Origin: a virus
Virus record (IMG/VR): IMGVR_UViG_3300045988_159115
Strand: one strand, 5' to 3'
DNA: 64,000 nt
Below are positions 42,401-51,453 of the stretch, piece by piece. The notes beneath the pieces were generated by a model that was not told the origin of the DNA, did no database searches, and was given only the letters and a program-made list of their open reading frames with translations. Both the position numbers and the translations under genes were made by a program. Within the stretch, counting starts at the first letter, position 1; every line of letters starts with the position of its first letter.

Positions 42401-43832
42401 TCATATTATCATTGATCGTATGAAGAGATCCAGAAATGTCTTTTTTCGGGATAGGACGCTTTGCAGCATTCATCGCTTTCACATCTTGGAAAGTCATATT
42501 CTCAAGAGTAATGGATTCCTGCTTCTTACGCATTTGAGCGTCACGTGCTGTACTAATAGGTTTTGACGGAACCGTGGTAGCTTGCATTACCTTATACATG
42601 CTTTCCACAAGTTCCTTATCATTATCAAGATCCATCTCAGACTTTGCCTTGATATAATCAACGGCAGCTTTACTTTCAGTAGGATCTTTTCCATTTGATA
42701 CAGCTTCGATCTCTTTTGTAGTCTCTTCGACTTTCTGATTGATCTTCTTATTGATCGTATCCTTAGCAATCTCAACTTCTGCTTTTCGAGCAATATCATT
42801 TCCGATATAAGAAGTCTTAGACCCTTGAGTATTCGTGATAGGCTTCGCTACCACAACTTTCTTTGAAGAAGTATTCTTCACCGTCACCGGGTTCTTTTTT
42901 GCCGCGGGCTCGTTCGATACTTTAATCGTCGAAGCTGCTTCAGGAGGCAACTCTTTTTGAACAACCGGCGTGGTATTATTACCAGTAAGATTATATCTAG
43001 TAGAAAGAGTAGCCTTAATAACATCTCTTTGCTCTTCATCTTTGACAGCCTTCGTATCTGATACTTCATCCCAGCGAGTAGACTTCTTAAATACACGATT
43101 CAGAGATGTTCTGAACTGTGATGCATTAACTTTCGCCATTTTACTAGGATTTACACGTAAGATATAAGAATCTGAATAAAAATAGAAATCAATATCCAGT
43201 TTCTTAAATGAAGGAACCTCATTCAGAATAGAATAATAAAATTTGAAAAGAATATTATTGATATTCTGAGTGAAATTCGTTCCAAAGTTATCAAAGAGGT
43301 CAACATCAACGAGGACAAACTTTTGCGGATACTGGGAGCACTGTTCTCCATTGATGATGCTGTAAAGGTAAGCCCAGAATAAGCTTACTTTTTTCTTTGG
43401 CTGCTGATTAATGGTACACTGGTCAAATACTTTCAGATACATTGAGAGATCAAAAAAAGTATTATAGTCGGGAGTCTTATTCAGAAGCATAGGAGGATGC
43501 TCATGAAGAGAACTACTATGAATTCTATCATAAAGATCCTTTTTTCCAGCTGCATCTCTGACATTGTAAGTTCGCCCACCAATTGTACCATGATATCGGA
43601 TGTTGTGGTACAGATAACGGTATTTACCATCTGCTGAGCAATTCTTCGTATTGGTTGCTACATGGATTACTTCAGCAGGCGTGGTAGCCATAATGAATGC
43701 AAGATTTCCATGCCCGGGTTGAAGTTTCTTCATCTTTCCAGGATGCTCTGGATCAGGAATGACAACTTCTTTCGGCAGATATGCTTTTCGAGCAACTGCA
43801 TTCATATATGGGAGAGACGTAATATATACCAT
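39474..43832 (-). CDS. multisubunit RNA polymerase beta-like subunit with ~520-aa N-terminal extension (set 2 or virion-type?)
   Basis: [19 protein letters not shown] aligns to [44 protein letters not shown] to [41 protein letters not shown] to [18 protein letters not shown], and [10 protein letters not shown] to [27 protein letters not shown] stands in place of GDKMAGRHGNKGVIS. Ends at ...[16 protein letters not shown]. Confidence 0.8.
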   Translation of the reverse strand: [1452 protein letters not shown]

Positions 43833-43910
43833 CTATTTCGTATCTCCTTTCTTAAATTACGTAATTCTAGAGGCTTACAAGTTTGTTTTCAGGCCATATT
43901 TCTATGATCC

Positions 43911-43950
43911 GAAAAAAGGGATACCTAACTGGCTGTTAGGTCCCTTCTTT
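43911..43950 (-). terminator. terminator, inverted copy of the 7558-7602 element
   Basis: AAGGGA(TA)CCTAAC-TGGCT-GTTAGGTCCCTT with an A/T run. It is a related sequence on the opposite strand. Confidence 0.7.
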
Positions 43951-43993
43951 TGATTATGCCACGCAAGGACTATCATCCTCACTGGCAACCTCA

Positions 43994-44524
43994 TTAGAAT
44001 TTGATTTCCTCAATGCGGTACAGCTTGTACATCGAAATGTCCTGCTCATACCGCATGAGGTAGCTGACAGACTTCACATTCCGGCTGGCGACCTTAATAT
44101 TGATAATACGGTCCTTGCCATCAATGTCATCATCAATGCTAAATGCGGATTCATCAAAATCGTCATCAGCAAACCAACTGGTCATGCTGAGGAGATTAAG
44201 GAAATCCTGAACATCGTGCGGATGGAAGTACGTGACATCGTCGTACTCCATATGATTGGTATCGGTATCGCCGACCCACTGGCCGCGATACATTTGCTCA
44301 ACCTTATGGTAGCCATCCAGCTTCATAATAGGCGTCGTAAACTTAGCCCGCGGAGAATCGGTTGGGCAATTGATCGGAGTAAGAATGGTGTAACCATTGG
44401 TCTCCACGGTATCAGACTTGGAACGCGCGATATACAGCACAGTAGTTCCGCAGTCCTCAACCTTCATCAACCGAGTCTTTGCGCGGTCGTCGATGATATT
44501 TTCCGATACATAAACCTTCTTCAT
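43994..44524 (-). CDS. hypothetical protein
   Basis: ATG 44524 follows a GGAAGGAG SD. The leader carries TTTGTATGATCCTC. Confidence 0.7.
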   Translation of the reverse strand: MKKVYVSENIIDDRAKTRLMKVEDCGTTVLYIARSKSDTVETNGYTILTPINCPTDSPRAKFTTPIMKLDGYHKVEQMYRGQWVGDTDTNHMEYDDVTYFHPHDVQDFLNLLSMTSWFADDDFDESAFSIDDDIDGKDRIINIKVASRNVKSVSYLMRYEQDISMYKLYRIEEIKF

Positions 44525-44608
44525 AATGAACTCCTTCCGATCCTTTTTATCTTGAGGATCATACAAATGATATTTGACAGAGTACTCTTCTTCCTCTATC
44601 TTCTACCT

Positions 44609-44621
44609 GTATAATATATCA
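44609..44621 (-). promoter_or_regulatory. AT-rich promoter-like motif (perfect 7-5-7 palindrome GTATAATGATATATTATAC)
   Basis: 85 nt upstream of ATG 44524. Confidence 0.55.
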
Positions 44622-44646
44622 TTATACTAATAGGATATACGGCCAT

Positions 44647-44691
44647 AACATCCGCATGGACAACTTACGGGAAAGCGTCCATGCGGATGTT
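44647..44691 (-). other. 15-bp hairpin downstream of nrdG
   Basis: AACATCCGCATGGAC / GTCCATGCGGATGTT with no clean U-run on the minus strand. Confidence 0.45.
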
Positions 44692-44722
44692 ACTTTGTAT
44701 AAAAAAACAAGGAGAAAGTTAA

Positions 44723-45400
44723 TCAAAGAGATTTCTGGTCAATCTCGACGATTACGTTTTTGTTAATGTAATCAACGATGTTCTGAATCTCAGCTGCATT
44801 CATCGAATTATGATTTCCACGAACGTAGCACATCACTTCATTATTGATGTAGTTATAATGGGTTTTCTTCATATCAATGATTCTCTGGTTGCTACTTCCA
44901 CAGAACTTCAAATGAAAGTCTTTCTTATCTTCTTCATACTGACCATCAACCAAATGATCTACGAAATACAGCATGCTCATAATCTGAGCTTCTTTATCAT
45001 CCGTAGTATATTTGGATCTCTGATTCAGAGATTTAAACTCCAGAAGTGCTTTAAGAATGATATCAGTAAGAGAATACCCAGTATAAAGCCAGATATCCAT
45101 TTTCTTATAGATAAGATCGGCATCTTCTTTAATATGAAGAACGAGATTTGTCAGATCGTAGATATTACACCATTCCAGAGGTTCTCCACCCAGAATGGAG
45201 AATCTATGGATATAAGGTCTATCAACGAGGGAACGGATTTTTGTTTCCGTTTCTGTGGTGTATTCTTTACCACCATTGAAATCCCATGTGACTTGATTAA
45301 AGCAATTCTTACAATGGAAGTGGCATCCTTGTGTGAAGAGGGAAACTCCAACGCCGTAGCCATTGCTAACATCCATTTCTCGAATAGATGCATATCTCAT
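44723..45400 (-). CDS. nrdG: anaerobic ribonucleoside-triphosphate reductase activating protein (radical SAM)
   Basis: MRYASIREMDVSNGYGVGVSLFTQGCHFHCKNCFN is the canonical NrdG N-terminus with a CxxxCxxC cluster. It starts 4 nt after the nrdD exon-2 stop. Confidence 0.9.
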   Translation of the reverse strand: MRYASIREMDVSNGYGVGVSLFTQGCHFHCKNCFNQVTWDFNGGKEYTTETETKIRSLVDRPYIHRFSILGGEPLEWCNIYDLTNLVLHIKEDADLIYKKMDIWLYTGYSLTDIILKALLEFKSLNQRSKYTTDDKEAQIMSMLYFVDHLVDGQYEEDKKDFHLKFCGSSNQRIIDMKKTHYNYINNEVMCYVRGNHNSMNAAEIQNIVDYINKNVIVEIDQKSL

Positions 45401-45404
45401 AAAA

Positions 45405-45514
45405 TCACTCTTTCTCCTCTACTTCTTCACCATCAGCAGCAATATCTGTCAGATGCACATAACGGTTTCTAATCTCATCGGTACGACCCTGAGACCAGAA
45501 GTGAGTTCCAATAT
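45405..45514 (-). CDS. nrdD: anaerobic ribonucleotide reductase NrdD, exon 2
   Basis: Encodes (Y)IGTHFWSQGRTDEIRNRYVHLTDIAADGEEVEEKE*, the conserved NrdD C-terminal tail. It is in frame with exon 1 after removal of 311 nt. Confidence 0.8.
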
Positions 45515-45825
45515 CCTTTATACCCTCGGTTTCCCGATATTTAAGTACGGGAGTAGACTATACCATACTTGCTTAGTGACTTCACTAAGTAGCGCCCGTA
45601 TTATAGTCGTTGAACGTCCTTCCCTAAGTGGAATAAATCCATACGAGTATTTCTACTCGCAGAAGTTTCGATGCGATGATTATCCAATCTCTAAGTCTTT
45701 TTACCATACCTGATTCTGTTAAAATCAGCCATATAGTTGTCGCCATATCTATACTTGGTAACCTAGAGCTCTAAGGAACTTCCCGCAGTTTAACAGGTTT
45801 AACGTGGACTATATTGAATAATTCA
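45515..45825 (-). mobile_element. group I intron (ORF-less) in nrdD
   Basis: The 5' splice site follows U (exon GUGGAU pairs with IGS GUCCAC at 45804-45809, with a U:G wobble). The last nt is G. Core-like elements are CUGCGGGAAG (45779-45788), GUUCAACGACUAUAA (45601-45615) and GGUAUAGUCUAC (45553-45564), with GACUAUA/UAUAGUC able to form P7 and an 8-bp hairpin between them. Confidence 0.8.
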
Positions 45826-48800
45826 ATCCACAGGTGCGTCGAGCGACGCTCATCTTATGCTGATCACGATTGCCGCAATTCGGGCATTCCCAAACCAACT
45901 TGCCACCATCATCAACTACTTTGATTTCTCCATCGTAGCCGCAGTTCATGCAATAGTCAGACTTGATATTGAGCTCTGCATACATGATATTCTCATAGAT
46001 ACACTGCATAACTTCAAGAACTGCAGGAATATTATGAGTCAAATCAGAGCATTCAATATAACTGATAGCACCGCCCGGAGAAAGCTTCTGGAATTCAGCT
46101 TCCTGAATGAGCTTATCGAACGGATTAATCTTTTCAAAGACGGCAGTGTGATAGCTATTAGTGATATAATTACGATCTTTGCCATCAAGCTTAATAAAAA
46201 CGTCATCCCCAAAACGTTTCTTAAGGCAGCGAGCGAACTTGTAAGTGGTATTCTCAATCGGGGTACCATACAGAGAATAATCAATATGCTCTGCTGTCTT
46301 CCACTGATTGCACTTATCATTCAGAGCCTGCATGACCTTAAGGCCAAATTCTCTACCAACGCCTTTATCCATATGAGAATGGCCAGTCATATACTTGACA
46401 CACTCATACAGACCCGCATAGCCAAGCGAGATAGTAGAGTATCCATTAAACATGATATCGCCGATCTTAGCATCCATAGGAAGTCGTGCGAATGCACCAT
46501 GACGCCAAAGAATAGGAGCAACATTAACAGATGTATCCTTGATACGATCAATACGTGCACGCAATGCTCGATGGCAAAGCTCAGTACGCTCTTCAAAGAG
46601 CTGCCAGAATTTATCGTAGTCTCCACCAGAAGAGAAAGCCAGATCAGGGAGAGAAATGGTTACGACGCCACAATTAAATCTTCCATAATACTTTCCCTTG
46701 CCGGTTTTCGGATCTTTATATGGAGTAAGGAAACTGCGGCAGTTATGGCTGTAAATACCAGAAATAGTGAAATGCTCACTTCCAGTTGTTACGTCATAAG
46801 TATCTTCTTTCCGTTCAAGCATATGAGATTCTACGATATGGCACTGAAGTTTATTATTTAAACTAGCAAGATTCATTTCGTGCTTGATATAGTGATTCCG
46901 CTTTTTCTCAGACACGAGATTTTTGACAATTTCATCTGTAGCAATAAAGCAAACTTGATAACGAATGGTATCATACCGGCCAGTGCCTTTATAATGATTT
47001 TGATACATCGTAGCAGGGATGCCCAGCGACTGCGCCAGCATCATTTGCTGAATAGCAAGCTCTTTATTGGTCGATCCAATTTGGACAGCAGTGAATTTCC
47101 CATTCGAATTATTAAGGTATCCATCAGCATCAATCATGCCGCAAAGGAAACCAATGCGAGCAGATCTATTCGATGTAAAGATATCGGACGGAATATGACG
47201 GTTTAACTTAATAATTCCGCCGAATTCTTTAATCATTATATCAGCAAATTTAGGAATGGCAATTCCATCATCGGTAGCCACAGAAACGATATCTTTGTAA
47301 ATTCCTTTTCTTTCACGATTCTGATTTACTACTTTCGTGGTAATTCCATAGAATCGCTTCAGCCGCTCTTGGAGAGCTCCGATAATATCATCTTCACCCT
47401 CATTTGCTAACGAAACCGCCAGCTTTTTAATGTAAGACGAATCGCAAATCAGAATGCCAAGAAGCCAAGCCAACTCAGGATCATAATCATTATTTTCATC
47501 ACTGATATGAGATTTGATATCAACCTGAATCATGTCGTCTTCTTTTAAATCTTTTGCAAAAACGACTCCACGGTTTTCCGTTTCAAACGGATGATCCGGT
47601 GTGACATCGAGGCATCTTCCGTTATTGAACTTGATTCTCATAACGTCGCACTTCGAATTTCGAATGATTCGATAACACAGAGTCCAACCGTTCACATGAT
47701 CATAGATCATCACGTCTTTCAAATCCATGTACCAATCATTTTCACGACCGGGCTGAAGCTTTACTTCAAAGAAGGGCATGAGGCGCCACCACATTCGGCC
47801 AATTCCTTCAACGTAAGTATTCTTCATGAATTTATAGGTTACTACTTCATCACCGACCGCACATCCCATGCATGGATACACGTCGCCCTTCAGCTGTTTC
47901 ATTACTTTTGCTGAAATATAGTCAGGAACCATGCGTTTGGCCGTGCATTGTGCAGCTAAAACAGTGGTACTCCAGTACTTTGTGCCAGGTTTAATATTGT
48001 CTTCATCGAGGACATAGATGAGCTTCGGGAATGCAGGAGTAATCCATGCACCCTGCTCATTCTTCATGCCCTGAATACGCTGGCGGAGGAATTCTTCGAT
48101 GATCATGACAAGTTCGTCACGGTATTCATCAGTTTCATCAATATACATGAAGACGGTGAGGAACGGAGCCTGTCCATTGGTTGTAGACATAGAGTTCACC
48201 TGATAGATAAAAGTCTGGCAACCATCTTCGACTTCTTTACGAGTATCAAGCTCAGCAAACTTAGCTGCTTTTCGTTCATCAAAGCCCCAGCTAAGATATT
48301 TCTTCAGATAGATATTATAGGAGTCTCTCACGAACGGTGCGAGATGTGTCAGAGTGATAGATATGCCACCGTACTGGGAAGAAGTGACTGCCGTAATGAT
48401 CTGAGTAGAGATCGTGGCGGCAGTAATAAAACGATGCGGTTTGTCGATTTTGGTACCATTGATAACAGTACCATTCTGAAGCATATCATCAAGATTGCAG
48501 AGTGAGCAGTTGGTAAGAACACTCTGTGCATAATAATCCGCATCATGGAAATGAATAATTCCGGCGTCATGTGCATCCACAACTTCCTTGGGAAGCAGAA
48601 TACGCCGGGTAACATCCTTTGAAGTAATACCAGCGATATAATCACGCTGGACAGAAACGATTTCGGGGTCCTTATTGGAATTCTCTTCGTTCACTTCTTC
48701 ATTCGTGTGATTGAGAAGTTCCATAATTGCATTATCCGTGGTATTGTGAGAATCACGGACAAGAGATCTCTTAAAACGATACTCCGTATAGGCCTTCGCA

Positions 48801-49030
48801 ACATCCTTACGGTCAGTACCCATGAGATCATAAATGACGAGATCCTGAATCTCCTCTACAGACTTATCTTCAGGAATAGCAGCGATCTCATCTGCGATAT
48901 TATTCGCAATTTTGGTGGAAGAATCGGATAGTGAACCATCGACCTCAATAAATGCCCGCTGAATTGCGGATACAATTTTTGATCTGTCGAACTCCACTAC
49001 CCGGTTATCACGTTTCTTCACAGATTTCAT
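45826..49030 (-). CDS. nrdD: anaerobic ribonucleotide reductase NrdD, exon 1 (includes intein)
   Basis: N-terminal ATP-cone (RDNRVVEFDRSKIVSAIQRAF). Class III RNR body. Zn-ribbon CMNCGYDG...CPNCG. The glycyl-radical motif ARRTCG lies at the exon end. Confidence 0.9.
46742..47863 (-). mobile_element. intein (374 aa) with LAGLIDADG homing endonuclease, inside NrdD
   Basis: The host motif is split as ...VYPCMG / CRSFLTPY. The intein starts CAVGDEVV and ends GIYSHN, followed by Cys+1. LAGLIDADG blocks are LAWLLGILICDSSY and FLCGMIDADGYL. Confidence 0.85.
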
Positions 49031-49197
49031 TTTAGGACCATTTCCTTTCTTATAGGTTTTCTCATTTCGAAACCTTCGGTTAGCTTACTGTCGCCTAACT
49101 ATTGGATCTCAATGGTTTTTCCGATGTTTCAAATCAGCAAAATTTGACCTGAAAACAATATCCTAATTATCCAAAAAATGAGAGGAGAAAGTAGTTT

Positions 49198-49410
49198 ATG
49201 AGCGTATCAAGTATGATGACTCTGAAGATGAAGATCGAAGAGTTGCGTGCACTGGAAGGCGTTCTTGGCGCTGGTGGAGTAACCACTGAGAGTTACTCTG
49301 GTAAAGTGGTCAAGAGCCTCGACGAGATTTATAAGATTCTTCAGGAGCACGATACGACAATCACCGCAATTAAGACTGCTCTTGGCTCCATCGGAATCAC
49401 AATCCCCTGA
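49198..49410 (+). CDS. hypothetical small protein
   Basis: GAGAGGAG SD. Confidence 0.65.
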   Translation: MSVSSMMTLKMKIEELRALEGVLGAGGVTTESYSGKVVKSLDEIYKILQEHDTTITAIKTALGSIGITIP

Positions 49411-49417
49411 GAAAAAT

Positions 49418-49471
49418 ATAAACCAAAAGTATACGAATATAATGAATCTATAGACGATACTTTTGGTTTAT
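49418..49471 (+). terminator. terminator hairpin
   Basis: ATAAACCAAAAGTAT-N24-ATACTTTTGGTTTAT. Confidence 0.65.
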
Positions 49472-49593
49472 TAGTGCCCTGGTAACACTTTGATAGCTTT
49501 TAGACCCTCCAAAATAAATAGAGTGTGTCATTAATCAAAGCGTTTCCCTAGACTTTTGCGACCCCATTGAAATTCTTAGGAGGGATTCTCAGT

Positions 49594-51369
49594 ATGGCAA
49601 GCAAGGCAACAGCAGAGAAAAAAGAACGCAAAGTTGAATATGTCAAAGTCAACGGCGTTGAGATGCGGAAAATAAAGATTAAGATGAATATGGAAGTTTT
49701 AAATTCCATTATTTCTCTTATCTATACCCCAAGTGCATTAAGAACTCGAAAAGTTCTTGATAATACATATAAGCTGTTCAATATGATTGATTTCAGGGTC
49801 TATGAAAAAAGTGATGAGTTGATGGCGCGCGTAAAACTCATTCACTATACCCTTGAAGCAAGATTTGAACGTGGAATCAGTGGACTCACAATGATCAAGC
49901 AATACGTTGCTGATCAGAACCAAGAGAACGATAATAATCCGCTGATTCCAGAAATTTTGGACAATATTCCAAAAAATATGGAGCCGCTTGATTATGAGGA
50001 TACAAAGTATCTGATTAAAAGTATTCAAGACCGTGTCCGTTATGGCTATATCGTTAATTTAAAGGAAGAGTATGATAGAATTATTGGCAGTATGACTTTT
50101 GAGAATGCAGATAGCTCTGCTTATCAAAAGAATTGCGAGCTTCTCTATGAAGTCGCTAGTAATATTGTCAATATGAAGCGCAAGACTGAAGCTCTTGATT
50201 CGAGCAATCAGACTTTCTCGCTGGATCAGGATACATTCAATAATGTCATCATTGATTCAGTGAGAAAACTTCAGGATAAGAACCGAGTGTTTAAAACTGG
50301 CATTCGGTTCTTAAATAATATCCTTGCACCAGGTTACCAGAGCAAGCGTCTTTATTGCTACTTGGCATTGCCTGGTGGTGGTAAAAGTTTGATGCTTCTG
50401 AAATCCGCTTTGGATATTAAGAAGTATAACCCGGATATTAAGCCAAAAAATCCTGGTAAGATTCCCTGTGTATTGCTGATTACGATGGAGAACGATATTG
50501 ATGAGACCGTGGAACGTATCTTCAATATGAGAGTTACCAATCGTGATATCCGTAATTACAAACCGCAGGAAGTTGCAGACCTGCTTCGTAATGAAGGTGG
50601 ACTTACATTGACCGATGAGAATAATATTGATATCGTCATTAAGTACTACCCGAACCGAAGCATTGATACAAATGATCTTCGCACGATTATCCAAGATGAA
50701 TTCGACGATGGTCGTGAGGTCATTACTTTAATCCTGGACTACTTAAAGAGAATTAGACCTGCTGAAAAAGCAGATAGTGAAAAAGAAGAGCTCAAGAATA
50801 TTACCAATGAGCTAAAGACCTTAGCAAAGGAACTTGATATTGCTGTCATTACTGCACAGCAGTTGAATCGTGCAGCAGCTTCTGTCGTTGATGCTGCTCT
50901 CCAATGCAATAAACAGGATGTTACAAAACTGGTTGGTCGTGATGGTATTGCTGGCGCTTGGGAAATCCAAGAGAACTGTGATATGACCATCATTATCAAT
51001 AAAGAAATGAAAGCAGATTCTGGTCGTAATTATATGACCTTTAAGATGCTGAAGCGTCGTTACCGTTGTAATAGTGAAGAAAAAGATCCTCGTTACGGAA
51101 TCCCGGTCCGTGATATTGATTACTTCTCACATCCGTATGATGATAATGACAACGCACTGATTGACGACATCAATATGCCTCAGGCAATCAGTGTTATTTC
51201 GCTCATGTCGTCGTTTGACGATATGCAAAGTGCAGGCGGTGCACGAACTGTCATTGATAGACCCAAAGTAAAATCAAAAAAGAAAAATTCTGAAATGGGT
51301 CAGCTCGATGATGGTAGTGGATTTGACCTTTTCAATGAAGATTCTAATGGAGACATTGGAGACTTCTAA
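49594..51369 (+). CDS. DnaB/gp41-like replicative helicase (RecA-fold ATPase)
   Basis: Walker A YLALPGGGKSLMLL. Walker B-like TLILDYLKRI. VITAQQLNRAA resembles the DnaB H4 SQLNR motif. ATG follows an AGGAGGG SD. Confidence 0.75.
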   Translation: MASKATAEKKERKVEYVKVNGVEMRKIKIKMNMEVLNSIISLIYTPSALRTRKVLDNTYKLFNMIDFRVYEKSDELMARVKLIHYTLEARFERGISGLTMIKQYVADQNQENDNNPLIPEILDNIPKNMEPLDYEDTKYLIKSIQDRVRYGYIVNLKEEYDRIIGSMTFENADSSAYQKNCELLYEVASNIVNMKRKTEALDSSNQTFSLDQDTFNNVIIDSVRKLQDKNRVFKTGIRFLNNILAPGYQSKRLYCYLALPGGGKSLMLLKSALDIKKYNPDIKPKNPGKIPCVLLITMENDIDETVERIFNMRVTNRDIRNYKPQEVADLLRNEGGLTLTDENNIDIVIKYYPNRSIDTNDLRTIIQDEFDDGREVITLILDYLKRIRPAEKADSEKEELKNITNELKTLAKELDIAVITAQQLNRAAASVVDAALQCNKQDVTKLVGRDGIAGAWEIQENCDMTIIINKEMKADSGRNYMTFKMLKRRYRCNSEEKDPRYGIPVRDIDYFSHPYDDNDNALIDDINMPQAISVISLMSSFDDMQSAGGARTVIDRPKVKSKKKNSEMGQLDDGSGFDLFNEDSNGDIGDF

Positions 51370-51453
51370 TTAAATTTAGCCATGCTATCCCACAGAGTAG
51401 ATGCCCTTGAAACAAGACTATAAGCTTCAAGACATGAAAGGAGTTGAGATAGC

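Noticed and set aside
45363-45713. Plus-strand ORF (116 aa) in the nrdD-nrdG gap, and ORFs 44810-45472 and 45857-46861.
   Set aside because: The gap is explained by the group I intron plus nrdD exon 2 on the minus strand. The others are antisense to nrdG and nrdD.
45809-49030. Reading nrdD as a C-terminally truncated pseudogene ending RRTCGLNYSI*.
   Set aside because: The conserved tail is encoded 311 nt downstream in a frame that is restored exactly by group-I-type splice junctions, and nrdG is translationally coupled to that exon.
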